Source of the DNA: an uncultured Acidimicrobiales bacterium
GTDB lineage: Bacteria; Actinomycetota; Acidimicrobiia; Acidimicrobiales; VFJN01
Assembly (NCBI GenBank): GCA_963842395.1
Contig: CAWJGJ010000002.1
Span: forward strand, 1,013,426 to 1,077,425
Reading direction: 5' to 3'
Length of the DNA: 64,000 nt
The notes beneath the pieces were generated by a model. It was given only the letters and a program-made list of their open reading frames with translations, was not told the origin of the DNA and made no database searches. Positions 12,008-22,276 of the stretch are shown piece after piece (the stretch's first letter is position 1; each line of letters begins with the position of its first letter). Both the position numbers and the translations under genes were made by a program.

Positions 12008-15000
12008 TCAGGCCGCCTCCTTGACCGGGAACAGCGACGACAGCAGCTCGACCAGCTCGGTGGCCACGCCCCGGCCGCCCGACACCGGGATCACGAGCTG
12101 GCCCATCTCGGCCTTGTAGAGGCCCTTGGGCATGAGGCGCTTCAGCCGCACCTCCTCGGACACCTTCAGCTTCACGGGGCTCATGCGGGCCGTCCACACC
12201 GCCGCCCCGATGCCGGTGACCTTGACCACGTTGAGCTCGCGGATGTCCAGCCGGGCGGCCTCGGCCCGCAGCCGGGCCACGTCCAGCAGGGCCGCGGCCT
12301 CGTCGGGCACCGGGCCGTAGCGGTCCTCCCACTCGGCGCGGATGTCGTCGACCTCGGCCTCGGTGGTGACCGTGGCGAGGCGGCGGTAGGCCTCGAGCCG
12401 CAGCTCCTCCTTGGCCACGTAGTCCTTGGGGAGGTTGGCGTCGAGGGGCAGGTCGAGCTTGATCTCCGCCGGCTCACGCAGCTCCTCGCCCTTCAGCTCG
12501 GCCACGACCTCGCTGACCATCTGGCAGTAGAGGTCGTAGCCCACCGCCGCCACGTGGCCCGACTGGCCGGTGCCCAGCAGGTTGCCCGCGCCCCGGATCT
12601 CGAGGTCGCGCATGGCGATCTTGAAGCCCGAGCCCAGCTCGGTCGCCTCGCCGATGGTCTTGAGGCGCTCGTAGGCCTCCTCGGTCAACGCGCGGTCGCG
12701 GGGGTGGAAGAGGTAGGCGTAGGCCCGCTGGCCCGACCGGCCCACCCGGCCCCGGAGCTGGTGGAGCTGGCCCAGGCCCAGCAGGTCGGCCCGGTCGACC
12801 ACCAGGGTGTTGACCGTGGGCATGTCGATGCCCGACTCGATGATGGTCGTGCACACCAGCACGTCGTAGGCGCCCTCCCAGAAGTCGAGCACCACCGTCT
12901 CCAGCGAGCCCTCGTCCATCTGGCCGTGGGCGATGGCGACCCGGGCCTCGGGCACCAGGTCGCGCAGGCGGGCGGTCACCTCCTCGATGTCCTGCACCCG
13001 GTTGTGGACGAAGAACACCTGGCCCTCCCGCAGCAGCTCGCGGCGGACGGCCTCGGCCACGGCCCGGTCGTCCTGCTCGCCGACGTAGGTGAGGATGGGC
13101 TGGCGCTCGGCCGGCGGGGTGTTGAGCAGCGTGAGGTCGCGGATGCCGGTCAGGCTCATCTCCAGCGTGCGGGGGATGGGCGTGGCGGTGAGCGTGAGCA
13201 CGTCGACACCGGTGCGGAACTGCTTGATCTGCTCCTTGTGGCTGACCCCGAACCGCTGCTCCTCGTCGACCACCAGCAGGCCCAGGTCCTTGAACGTGAC
13301 GTCGCCGGAGAGGAGGCGGTGGGTGCCGATGACGATGTCGACCTCGCCGGCCTCGATCGCCCTGGCCACCTTGCGGGCCTGGCCGGGGGTGAGGAAGCGG
13401 GACAGCACCTCGACCCGCACCGGATACGCCGCGAACCGCTCGCTGAAGGTCTGGAAGTGCTGCTGGGCCAGCAGGGTCGTGGGGACGAGGACGGCGACCT
13501 GCTTGCCGTCCTGCACCGCCTTGAACGCGGCCCGGATGGCCACCTCGGTCTTGCCGAAGCCGACGTCGCCGCACACCAGGCGGTCCATGGGGGTGGCCTC
13601 CTCCATGTCGGCCTTGACGTCGGCGATCGCGGTGAGCTGGTCGGGCGTCTCCTGGTAGGGGAAGCCGTCCTCGAACTCGCGCTGCCAGGGGGTGTCGGGG
13701 GTGAAGGCGGTGCCGGTCTCGCTGAGGCGCTTCTGGTAGAGGACCACCAGCTCCTGGGCGATCTCGGCCACCGCGGCCCGCACCTTGGCCTTGGTGCGCT
13801 GCCAGCCGTCGCCGCCGAGGCGGCTCAGGGTGGGGCTGTCGCCGCCGGTGTAGTGGCGGACGGCGTCGATCTGGTCGGAGGGGACGTAGAGGCGGTCGTC
13901 GCCCTTGTACTCCAGCAGCAGGTAGTCGCGGTCGACGCCGCCGATGGCCCGCTTGACCATGCCGCCGTAGCGGGCCACGCCGTGCTGGTGGTGGACGACG
14001 TAGTCGCCCTTCTTGAGGTCGTCGAAGAAGCCCTCGGCGTCGCGCCGGCGGGGGCGGGCCCGGCGGTGGGCGCGGCGGCGGCCGGTGAGGTCGGGCTCGG
14101 CCAGGACGGCCAGCTTGACGCTGCGCAGGAGGGCGCCTCGCTCCAGCGGGGCGACCCGCACGTCGGCGCCGATGCCCTCGCCGGCGAGCAGGTCGCGCAG
14201 GCGGGCGGCCGAGCCCTCGCCGTCGGCGCCGACGACGATGCGGTACCCGTCGGCGCTGAGCTGGCGGAGCCGGGTCATGAGGCCGGTGCCGTCGCCCACG
14301 ACCGGATCCCACCCGGAGCCCAGCACCTGGGGGGTGTCGGGGCTGTCCGGCACGCTCACCACGTGCCAGGCGCTGGCCCGGGTGTGGGCGAGCAGCCGGT
14401 CGAACGTCAGGTGCAGGCGGGGGAACCCGTGCTGGGCGCTGCGGTCCTCGACGGCCCCCCACGTGACCGCCAGGGTGGCGGCGAGGTCGGCCTCCTCGGC
14501 CAGGAGGTCGGCGGCCCGGTCGCGCATGCGGCGGGGCTCGCACAGCAGGACCTGGGCGTCGTCGCCCACCACGTCGAGCAGGGCGTGCTCGTCCCGGGTG
14601 AGCCAGGGGAGCCACGACTCCATGCCGTCGAAGACGAGGCCCTCGGCCAGCCGCTCCCACTGCTCGCGGCCCCAGGGCTCGAGGCCTACCAGCCGCTCGG
14701 CGCGGGCGCGCACCGCGGGAGTCGGCAGCAGCTCGCGGCAGGGGAACAGCAGGACCTCGGGCTGGTCGCCGGTGGACCGCTGGTCGGACACCGAGAACTC
14801 GGTCAGGCGGTCCACCTCGTCGCCCCACAGGTCGATGCGCACCGGCCGGTCGGCGGTGGAGGGGAACACGTCGACGATCGACCCCCGCACGGCGAGCTCA
14901 CCCCGGTGCTCGACCATCTCCTCACGCCGGTAGCCCACGGCGACGAGGTCGGACACCAGGTCGTCGCGGTCGACCCGGTCGCCGGGCGTGACGCGGACGG

Positions 15001-15448
15001 GCTCGACGTCCTCGACGTGGGGGCCCAGCCGCTGGACGAGGGCGCGGACCGAAGCCACCACGACGTCGGGCGCCCGCCGCTCGTCCCGGAGGCGCCACAG
15101 CACGCGGAGGCGGCGGCCCATGGTCTCGACCCCGGGGCTGACCCGCTCGAACGGCAGGGTCTCCCAGGCGGGGAACAGCTCGACCCGGTCGTCGCCCAGG
15201 TAGGCCGACAGGTCGTGGGCGAGGCGCTCGGCCTCGGTGGAGGTCGGCACCGCCAGCACCACCGGCCGGCGCGTGGTGAGCCCGGCGAGGCCGGCGGTGA
15301 CCAGCGCCCGGGCCGCCTCGGGGACGGCGAGGGTGGCGGTCGTGCGCCCGAGGACCCGCGCGAGCGCAGGCTCGTCACGCAGGGCGGCGGCGAGGTCGGC
15401 CAGGGGCGCGCCGGTGCGCGCCCCTACGTCTGTGGGGGCGGGTGTCAT
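12008..15448 (-). CDS. mfd: Transcription-repair coupling factor
   Basis: [81 protein letters not shown]. Confidence 0.99.
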   Translation of the reverse strand: MTPAPTDVGARTGAPLADLAAALRDEPALARVLGRTTATLAVPEAARALVTAGLAGLTTRRPVVLAVPTSTEAERLAHDLSAYLGDDRVELFPAWETLPFERVSPGVETMGRRLRVLWRLRDERRAPDVVVASVRALVQRLGPHVEDVEPVRVTPGDRVDRDDLVSDLVAVGYRREEMVEHRGELAVRGSIVDVFPSTADRPVRIDLWGDEVDRLTEFSVSDQRSTGDQPEVLLFPCRELLPTPAVRARAERLVGLEPWGREQWERLAEGLVFDGMESWLPWLTRDEHALLDVVGDDAQVLLCEPRRMRDRAADLLAEEADLAATLAVTWGAVEDRSAQHGFPRLHLTFDRLLAHTRASAWHVVSVPDSPDTPQVLGSGWDPVVGDGTGLMTRLRQLSADGYRIVVGADGEGSAARLRDLLAGEGIGADVRVAPLERGALLRSVKLAVLAEPDLTGRRRAHRRARPRRRDAEGFFDDLKKGDYVVHHQHGVARYGGMVKRAIGGVDRDYLLLEYKGDDRLYVPSDQIDAVRHYTGGDSPTLSRLGGDGWQRTKAKVRAAVAEIAQELVVLYQKRLSETGTAFTPDTPWQREFEDGFPYQETPDQLTAIADVKADMEEATPMDRLVCGDVGFGKTEVAIRAAFKAVQDGKQVAVLVPTTLLAQQHFQTFSERFAAYPVRVEVLSRFLTPGQARKVARAIEAGEVDIVIGTHRLLSGDVTFKDLGLLVVDEEQRFGVSHKEQIKQFRTGVDVLTLTATPIPRTLEMSLTGIRDLTLLNTPPAERQPILTYVGEQDDRAVAEAVRRELLREGQVFFVHNRVQDIEEVTARLRDLVPEARVAIAHGQMDEGSLETVVLDFWEGAYDVLVCTTIIESGIDMPTVNTLVVDRADLLGLGQLHQLRGRVGRSGQRAYAYLFHPRDRALTEEAYERLKTIGEATELGSGFKIAMRDLEIRGAGNLLGTGQSGHVAAVGYDLYCQMVSEVVAELKGEELREPAEIKLDLPLDANLPKDYVAKEELRLEAYRRLATVTTEAEVDDIRAEWEDRYGPVPDEAAALLDVARLRAEAARLDIRELNVVKVTGIGAAVWTARMSPVKLKVSEEVRLKRLMPKGLYKAEMGQLVIPVSGGRGVATELVELLSSLFPVKEAA

Positions 15449-15525
15449 GGCCGGGCCAACGCTACCGGTTGGACGCCTGTGTGGGCCTCCGCCGGCCCCG
15501 ATCGCCGCGTCGCTGTCGCGGCGGC

Positions 15526-15668
15526 GAGCCGGTGGGACCGAAGTGGTTGCCCACCAACCGTTTCTGACCCAGCCGCTCGCCCGACCGACCTCCACCCGAC
15601 GTCGCCACCCACACCGAGCCGGTGGGACCGAAGTGGTTGCCCACCAACCGTTTCTGACCCATCCGCTC
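15526..15668 (+). repeat. Doublet of a 53-bp hairpin repeat (units 15526-15578 and 15616-15668, 90-bp period)
   Basis: 47 identical bp (15525-15571 = 15615-15661); core GGTTG-CCCAC-CAACC; imperfect outer stem. Confidence 0.9.
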
Positions 15669-15698
15669 CGACGAGCGGGATGGGCGGCGATGGGGGTG

Positions 15699-16364
15699 TC
15701 AGCCCCAGCGGTCGGTCGGCGGCTCCGTCGTCGGACCGACGTGGGCGTCGAGCCAGGCGACCAGCGGACCGGACGCCCGCCAGGCGCCGGTCACCCGGTC
15801 GCCGGCCGCTTTGGTCCCCAGCCATCGGCCCGGCGGCCACGAGCGGAACGCGGCCAGGCTCTTGTGGCGCAGCAGCTCGATGCGGGGGTGGTCCCGGGGA
15901 TACCCGCGCGGTGCCGTCTTGAGCGCATGCCCCTCGATGCGGAGCTTCTCGCCGCGGACCTCGGCCACCGCGGCGGCGAGCTCGTTGCCCGCGACCTCCT
16001 CGTCGACCGCGGCCCGGTACCGGGCGAGCTGGTCGTTGGCCATCATCCAGTAGCCGGCGCCGGCCGACAGGCCCTCGGCGGAGACCTCGACGTAGTAGTG
16101 GGTACCGCCGACCCCCTCGCCCACCGCGTAGCAGCGGGTTTTGTACGGCGTCTTGTCCTTGCTGAACCGGATGTCACGCTGGGGCCGGAACACCTTCAGC
16201 GGCCCGAACTCGTCGGCCACGAGGTCGCTCAGCGCCTCGAAGGGCGCCCGCACCTCCGTCTCGAACACGGCCTTGTTCGCGGCGAAGAAGGGACGACTGT
16301 TGTCCGCTTCGAGCCGCCGGTAGAAGTCGAGCGCGGCCTCGGACCAGCCGCGGAAAGCTGTCAT
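15699..16364 (-). CDS. DUF2461 (TIGR02453) family protein
   Basis: LEADNSRPFF, KVFRPQRDIRFSKDKTPYKT, LKTAPRGYPRDHPRIELLRHKSL. Confidence 0.93.
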   Translation of the reverse strand: MTAFRGWSEAALDFYRRLEADNSRPFFAANKAVFETEVRAPFEALSDLVADEFGPLKVFRPQRDIRFSKDKTPYKTRCYAVGEGVGGTHYYVEVSAEGLSAGAGYWMMANDQLARYRAAVDEEVAGNELAAAVAEVRGEKLRIEGHALKTAPRGYPRDHPRIELLRHKSLAAFRSWPPGRWLGTKAAGDRVTGAWRASGPLVAWLDAHVGPTTEPPTDRWG

Positions 16365-16434
16365 GGGAACAGCCTGTCACGCCTCCCCGCTGGGACGACG
16401 ACGCCCTGGGCTGGGCGCCGCCACTGGTGCCGAT

Positions 16435-17133
16435 CTACGGGTCGTAGGTGACAACCGCCTGGAGTTCGGTGACGGTCATCCCGAAGGTGGTGGTCCGGCT
16501 GGCGTCGGCCAACACGCCGGTCGCTCCCGTCGAGGCCCGCCAGGTGATCGACCACTCCAACGTCGCGCTCGCCGCGTAGCGGCCGCCGGGCTCACCTGCC
16601 GACACGAACTGGTAGATGTGCTCGCAGTCGGTGCTCTGGGCGTCGTCGGCGACACTCGGGTCATACGGCGTGCCCGGCCCGTTGCACACGACCTCACCGC
16701 CGTCTCCCAGGTCCCACACAACCCGCTGTGGCTTCGCCGTCACCTCGACCCAGAACCCGGCGAGGTCGGCCCGCGCGGTCAGGTCACGCCAGCCACCGGG
16801 ATCGATCCACAGCCAGGTCGGCAGTCCGGTGATCTGCTCACCGTCGATCGCCGGCGAGCTCACCGGCTGAGGGAACACGAACGCCACCTCGTCGAACGCC
16901 CGGCGGGCGAGCGCCTCCAAATCGGGCCCGGGGTTCGCCGGATCCCCCGGCGTGTACTGCCAGTAGCCCGACGACAACAGCTCCCCGGTCTCGGCGTCGA
17001 TGCAGGTCTGGTAGTACCAGTCCCCCTCGACCAACGGCGGCACCGCAGGAACGAGCGCCCCCTGCTCGCTCGCCCCGCCCCCGGGACCACCCGGCGCCTC
17101 ATACGCCTCACACGTGACCGGACCGCCCGCCAC
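16435..17133 (-). CDS. Secreted protein with C-terminal PKD-like domain (actinobacterial family often annotated 'ATP/GTP-binding protein'); 5' end disrupted by frameshifts
   Basis: ITGLPTWLWID, VTAKPQRVVWDLGDG, VCNGPGTPY, DCEHIY, ATLEWSITW, ELQAVV; paralogue of 55465..56394. Confidence 0.75.
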   Translation of the reverse strand: MAGGPVTCEAYEAPGGPGGGASEQGALVPAVPPLVEGDWYYQTCIDAETGELLSSGYWQYTPGDPANPGPDLEALARRAFDEVAFVFPQPVSSPAIDGEQITGLPTWLWIDPGGWRDLTARADLAGFWVEVTAKPQRVVWDLGDGGEVVCNGPGTPYDPSVADDAQSTDCEHIYQFVSAGEPGGRYAASATLEWSITWRASTGATGVLADASRTTTFGMTVTELQAVVTYDP

Positions 17134-17391
17134 CCCCCGCCGGACCGCGCCCTGCCACCCGCCCCTGTGGCCCGCAGCTCGTCGTAGCTCACTGTCGCCT
17201 GCAGCGAGTCATCGGCCTCAAGCGCACCTCCGAACGGCTCCACCACCAGCGTCGATCTTCGACTCGATCGGGAGGCTCCTGGTCCCGGCTGTACCAGGCA
17301 TGTCCTGGGCTCTGCGCGCGAGCGCCATTGACAACGAGCAAGCGCGGCAACCGCCACGCCCAATGAGTCGAGCGCCTGTCTCGGTGATCGC

Positions 17392-17974
17392 CTACTCCGG
17401 GCATGGGACCTCACCCTGCTCGCAGCACGATCGTGTCGATCTTGCTCACCATCCAGGACTCCGTCGATCAGGACGAGCCGTGGCTTCAAGAACCCTCGTT
17501 GACAGGCCTTCACCGACGATCGATCCCGTCGTCCCGATCGATCCGTAGTGTCGTTGCCCACGTAGCAGTCCGGAGAGGACGACCATCCGGTGCTCGGGAG
17601 CAACGACCGACATCACCCGATGTGACGTGCGGGGCCCGTCTCGACGATGTGGTTCTCGGCCTGCCATCGTCGTCAGGCTGTCCCGGAACGTGCCCAGCAC
17701 TGGATCGGTGGCAAGCCGAGGCAGATCAGGATCGTCAGGATCCGGCTCCGGTCGTCAGCAGACGGTCCACTGTTGCCACGAACTCCAGGTACACCGCCTC
17801 CGCTGCCTCTTCCGGCGTCGGCGGGGCTGTGGTGGCCGGAGCGGTCGTGCCGGTCGTCTCCGATGCCGTCGACCCTCCGGCCTCCTCGTCCTCGTCATCG
17901 CCGGCGTCGTCACCGCCGCAGGCCGCTGCCAGTACAAGCGACGTCACGAGGCCGAACGCCATGGCGCGACGCAT
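17392..17974 (-). pseudogene. Multiply frameshifted lipoprotein gene, paralogue of 56379..57008
   Basis: Lipobox LAAAC and TPEEAAEAVYLEF, then fragments in alternating frames: PDPDDPDLPRLATDPVL, DCYVGNDTT, VLIDGV, WMVSKID, EVPCPE*. Confidence 0.7.
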
Positions 17975-18474
17975 GACGATTCCCCATCGTCGACGTGGTC
18001 CGGTCATCTGCTACGGCACCTCAACCCAGCTCATCCCCGCCTGCGCCAGGTTCACCCTCAGCCAGTTTCAGCTGACGACCGCACCCAGAGCACCACGCAA
18101 GGTACCACCGTCCTCACGGCCTGTCTAAGGCACATGTGATCCACTCTCATCACTGGAGAACCACAGAGATGCCAAGCCCGACGGAAGACTCCGTACCTGT
18201 GCCACCGTCTCGGCTCCGGGGCTGGGCGCAAGCGACCAGGACGTACCCATGGGCAAGTTCGTGTCGAACTTTCTTCAGCTCGCTCGACGGGCGGTCGAGT
18301 CACCCGAGACATTGGCAGTCCCCTACTTCAACGACCAGATGGGCGCCCCCATCAACGAGGGCGCCCGTAGGTCCGACGCCTTTCCGACATGCCGCGCCCT
18401 CTACGACGAGTGGGTCGAGTCTGGCCCAAGCAGGATGTGCTGACCGCCCGCTTGGCCGTGGCGGCGGGCCCCGA

Positions 18475-19470
18475 CTACGACGCCGACGCGGCGGTGCTCG
18501 CCGCCCGCTTGGCCGTGGTGGCCGTCCGCTTGGCGGTGGTGCGGGCCGTGCGTCCCGTTGTGGTCGCACCACGCTTGGCCGTGGTGGCCGTCCGCTTGGC
18601 CGAGCGGCGGGCCGAGGTGGCCGTGCCCTTGGCGCCTGACTTGGCCGCTCGCGCCGTGCTCGTGCCGCCGGCCTTGGCCGACGTGGCGGTGCGCTTGGCG
18701 CCGGACGCAGCTGACGACCCCTTCGCCTTGGCGGTGTCCACCGCGGACTCGCCGACACGCTGCGCCTTGCGGACGGTGTCGATGGCGGCGTCGGTGGCGG
18801 CCGCGGGAGCCGAGCGCACCCGGGCGGCGGTGCGGCGTGTCGACGTCGATCCACGCGGGGACCGCCGGGACCGCTTGCGGCGCAGCACCGTGTCGATCAC
18901 GTCGCCGAGCGCCGACGCCCCGCCCTGGGCCAACCCGCTCACCGTGTCGCCGACCCGGTCGGCCACGCTCGCCGCGGCGCCCACCGCCAGGTTGCCGGGC
19001 GGTGTGTCGGGTGACCGGGGATGGGGGTGGGTGGGGGCGGTCTTCTTGGCCTCGACCATGGCGTCGCCGAGGTCGCCGAGGGCGTTGCGGCCGAGCTCGT
19101 CGCGCACCATGGGGAAGAGCTCCTTCTCCTCCTCCTCGACGTGGTGGCGGACGTTCTCCATGAGCACGGTGACCTTGGCGTCGAACCGCTCGTCCTCGGG
19201 CGACATCGAGTCGAGCTCGGAGAGCACCCACTTGACGATGTGGTGCTCCTCCAAGCTCTCCAGCGAGAGGTCCTCGGTTTCCGGCACGGTGGCTCGGATG
19301 ACCGGGTAGAAGAGCTGCTCCTCCACCGCGGCATGCACCGAGAGCTCCTCGATGATGCGGTCGACCACGTTGCGCTTCTCGACGAGCGCCCGGTCGCCGG
19401 CCTTCTCGAACCGCTTGAAGAGCGTCTCGACCGTCTTGTGGTCGTCCTTGAGCAGAGTGATGGCGTCCAT
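18475..19470 (-). CDS. Hemerythrin-like (HHE) domain protein with basic Lys/Arg/Ala/Thr histone-like tail
   Basis: DAITLLKDDH, HAAVEEQLFYP, EEHH, HHVEEEEKELFP, APTHPHP; tail with repeated AKRTATT. Confidence 0.92.
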   Translation of the reverse strand: MDAITLLKDDHKTVETLFKRFEKAGDRALVEKRNVVDRIIEELSVHAAVEEQLFYPVIRATVPETEDLSLESLEEHHIVKWVLSELDSMSPEDERFDAKVTVLMENVRHHVEEEEKELFPMVRDELGRNALGDLGDAMVEAKKTAPTHPHPRSPDTPPGNLAVGAAASVADRVGDTVSGLAQGGASALGDVIDTVLRRKRSRRSPRGSTSTRRTAARVRSAPAAATDAAIDTVRKAQRVGESAVDTAKAKGSSAASGAKRTATSAKAGGTSTARAAKSGAKGTATSARRSAKRTATTAKRGATTTGRTARTTAKRTATTAKRAASTAASAS

Positions 19471-19482
19471 ATGGTGGGGGCC

Positions 19483-19507
19483 TACCCGCCACCGGCCACG
19501 GTCAGAC
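19483..19507 (-). promoter_or_regulatory. Possible SigB/SigF-type stress promoter GTCT-N16-GGGTA
   Basis: GGGTA lies 12 nt upstream of the hemerythrin ATG; the -35 element has one mismatch to GTTT. Confidence 0.45.
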
Positions 19508-19522
19508 GCCTCCGCGTGACGG

Positions 19523-21004
19523 TCAGCGCTTCCAGGCGAGGCGCTCGGGGCCCCAGGGGTCGTCCTCGACGGTGCAGTCCTCGCGCCCGAAGAGCATGGT
19601 GGGCCGGGCGTCGAGGTCGTATGGCGGCCAGTCGGCCAGTCCCTCGTGGTTGGGGTCGCCGGTGCGGGCGAACGCCAACCAGGCGCCGGCCATCTGGTCG
19701 GCGAGTCGCTGGCGGCCCTCGGACGGGTGGATCACCGGCTCGTGGATGTTGTCGAACACGAACGGCAGCTCGTAGCCGTGCGCCGATCGCATCGGCCCGG
19801 CGGCCCAGGTGAAGAGGTACATCCAGACGGGTGCGTCGCCGCCCTCCCGCTTGCGCTCGGCCAGCCGGATCGAGGGCATGCGCATGACGGCGTCGGTCTG
19901 CATGGCGACGAGCAGATCGATCGGCGTGGCGTCCGGGCGGTTGGCCCGGTAGGCGGTGAGCAGCTTCTCCGCACGGTCGCGGAACATGCGGGCCCGATTG
20001 TCGAGGTCCTCGTCGGACATGAGCGTCGGATCGCGCAGCGCCGGCTCGCCGGCCATGAACAGCGTCGCCTCGTCACGCGTGGTGCCGATCATCAGCGGGA
20101 CGTCCGGCGCCTGGCCGCCCTGGACGGCCTTGGCCGGATGCTGGGTCAGATCCTGCCCGTCGAGCACGGGGCCGAACCCGCCGGCCATGGGCGAGCGGCT
20201 CGCACCGGTCGCCGCAAGCTGCGCCGCCAGCAGGGCCTCGGCCGGCGTCGACCGCAGCCCGGCGATGGCATCGTCGTCGGACAGACCGAGCTCGCCCAGC
20301 ACCTTGGCCGTGAGGGCAGCCGCCTCCTCGGGCGTGCTGAAGAACTGCATCGGTCCGCTCTGCACCACGCCGCGGTGGAACAGGCCTCGGGCCGCCGGCA
20401 GGGCCAGCATCGAGCACACCTTGGCTCCGCCGCCCGACTCGCCGAAGATCGTGACGTTGCCGGGATCGCCACCGAAGCGCGTGACGTTGTCGCGCACCCA
20501 CTCCAGCGCCGCGACGAGGTCGAGGGTGCCGGCGTTGCCCGCGGCCCGCTCGGCCTCGTCGAGGTGGGCGAGGTGCAGGTAGCCGAAGACGCCGAGGCGG
20601 TGGTTGACGGTGACCACGACGACGTCGCCCTTGCGGGCGAGGTTGCTGCCGTCGTACAGCGGCCAGGACCCGGACCCGAGCGTGTAGCCGCCGCCGTGGA
20701 ACCACACCATGACCGGGCGGCGGGCGTCGTCGGCGGCGGGGGTGAAGACGTTGAGGAAGAGGCAGTCCTCGTCGGTGGCGTCCTCGCCCATCCACCCGTC
20801 GGGCCGGGCCTCGGGCTGCGGGCACGACGGTCCGAAGGCGAGGGCGTCGCGCACGCCCTCCCACGGCTCGACGGGCGCCGGCGCTGCGAACCGCAGCTCG
20901 CCCAGCGGCGGCGCGGCGTAGCGCACGCCCTTGAACGTGGCCACGCCGTCGCTGGCGGCGCCACGCACCGTCCCGGCTGTCGTGTCGACGATCACGTCGT
21001 CCAT
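19523..21004 (-). CDS. Type-B carboxylesterase (PnbA-like)
   Basis: FKGVRYAAPPLGELRF, EDCLFLNV, WFHGGG, FGGDPGNVTIFGESGG (catalytic Ser), GTTRDE, AHGYELPFVF. Confidence 0.96.
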   Translation of the reverse strand: MDDVIVDTTAGTVRGAASDGVATFKGVRYAAPPLGELRFAAPAPVEPWEGVRDALAFGPSCPQPEARPDGWMGEDATDEDCLFLNVFTPAADDARRPVMVWFHGGGYTLGSGSWPLYDGSNLARKGDVVVVTVNHRLGVFGYLHLAHLDEAERAAGNAGTLDLVAALEWVRDNVTRFGGDPGNVTIFGESGGGAKVCSMLALPAARGLFHRGVVQSGPMQFFSTPEEAAALTAKVLGELGLSDDDAIAGLRSTPAEALLAAQLAATGASRSPMAGGFGPVLDGQDLTQHPAKAVQGGQAPDVPLMIGTTRDEATLFMAGEPALRDPTLMSDEDLDNRARMFRDRAEKLLTAYRANRPDATPIDLLVAMQTDAVMRMPSIRLAERKREGGDAPVWMYLFTWAAGPMRSAHGYELPFVFDNIHEPVIHPSEGRQRLADQMAGAWLAFARTGDPNHEGLADWPPYDLDARPTMLFGREDCTVEDDPWGPERLAWKR

Positions 21005-21109
21005 CTGGTCCCCCTGGACGTCCCCGTCCCGGCCACGGGATGGCCGGGTTGCCCGACATCCTGACCCGCGGTCAAGTCGGTGTCCAGAGGGGGCGTGTGA
21101 GCTCATGAG

Positions 21110-21131
21110 CGTCACACCCGACGGCTAAGGT
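21110..21131 (+). promoter_or_regulatory. RecA-NDp/PafBC-like promoter cGTCAC-N10-TAAGGT
   Basis: Same geometry as TGTCRG-N10-TANNNT; upstream of CDS 21197. Confidence 0.45.
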
Positions 21132-21196
21132 TCGCTCACCGGTTCGACGCCGACCGCACAACGGTGTCCTCCACATTCCACCCTCTGGAGGCCACC

Positions 21197-21700
21197 GTGA
21201 CCCGTCCCCGCCGTCGTCCTGTCCGCGGCGAAGCCGACTTCCCTCCCCTGGCGCCCGACGAACAGCGCATCGTCGTCGAGCGGGTCATCCCCCCTCAGCA
21301 GCAGGACACGTTGCGCGGCCCGCTCAGGTGGGAGATCGCCCTCGACCAGCGGGCGTTCGGGCCATGTCGGGTGCTCGTCGCGGCTACAGATCGCGCCGGA
21401 ACTCTTCTCGAGCTCATCCACGCCGAGCGGACCGACCCGCCCGAGCTGGCGTTCGGGCTGTGTCTGCGTACCGCCGGACCGTCCACGGTCGCTGCAGTCG
21501 CGTACTGCGACGAGCCTGTCGACATGGGCGCGTCAGCGACCGAGCTCAACGCGATGGTCGATCGCTTCCTCGATGCACGGCAGTTCGCCGCCAACCACTT
21601 CGGGGTGCATCTCGTCGACTGGATCGCATGCGACGACCAGAGGATGCGCTCGTTCCTGCTCCTACACGATCCAGGCGCCGACCAGTGGCCGATCGCTTGA
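21197..21700 (+). CDS. Hypothetical protein with weak RadC/JAB-like C-terminus
   Basis: GGAGG before GTG 21197; 'FGVHLVDWIACDD' resembles the RadC GIxLLDHII end, but there is no HxH motif. Confidence 0.6.
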   Translation: MTRPRRRPVRGEADFPPLAPDEQRIVVERVIPPQQQDTLRGPLRWEIALDQRAFGPCRVLVAATDRAGTLLELIHAERTDPPELAFGLCLRTAGPSTVAAVAYCDEPVDMGASATELNAMVDRFLDARQFAANHFGVHLVDWIACDDQRMRSFLLLHDPGADQWPIA

Positions 21701-21781
21701 TCCGACTCGCGGGGCGCATCGTGCCCCGCGGCGTACCGGCCGGGACGTCCATGCCGATGGCATCGCCAGCTGTGGCAGGTT

Positions 21782-22117
21782 TCATTCCCCGGGCGACTGC
21801 GCCAAGAGGCGGCGGGCCCGGCGTCCCAGGTCACCGAGGTCGACACGCCCGGCGTCTGCGGCCGTGACCAGGCGCTCGGCCAGGTCGAGGGCGTCGTCGA
21901 CGAGCGGAGACGCCGCGCTCGCGTCCTGGCCCATCTCGTGGAGGATCGTGCGCTCCGTTCGGGAGGCGACGATCGGGTCGGCGATGCCCTCGACCCACAC
22001 CCGCGTGCGTCGCCCGTCGCCCCGCTCGTCGCCCCGCAGCGGCTCGAGCGCGTAGATCCGGTCGGCCCGGGCGAACTTCCCGAACCCCAATGACACCATG
22101 CGCGGCGCATCGGCCAT
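21782..22117 (-). CDS. Small protein resembling the RemA/DUF370 family
   Basis: MVSLGFGKFARADRIYAL and GRRTRVWV resemble RemA INIGFGN..RIIAI and GRRTRAV. Confidence 0.65.
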   Translation of the reverse strand: MADAPRMVSLGFGKFARADRIYALEPLRGDERGDGRRTRVWVEGIADPIVASRTERTILHEMGQDASAASPLVDDALDLAERLVTAADAGRVDLGDLGRRARRLLAQSPGE

Positions 22118-22236
22118 GGGCACGATCATCCACCAATCGGTGTGCGGTGTGGTGGACGCGTGACCCCTCATCTGGCGATCAGCCGGTCGACTTCCGTGCC
22201 GCAGGGCGGTTGTCCGCGTCGGACGGGCGCGCTAGG

Positions 22237-22276
22237 TTGACAGGAAATCATCTGAAAAATACTGGAGTATGCGTAA
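22237..22276 (+). promoter_or_regulatory. AT-rich promoter region with perfect TTGACA upstream of the WXG100 locus
   Basis: TTGACA at 22237-22242 followed by an A-rich tract; the -10 is ambiguous. Confidence 0.5.

Noticed and set aside
15525-15668. Repeat-spacer-repeat as a CRISPR array
   Set aside because: Only two units, the linkers of the two doublets share sequence, and there are no cas genes or leader; better explained as a hairpin repeat family.
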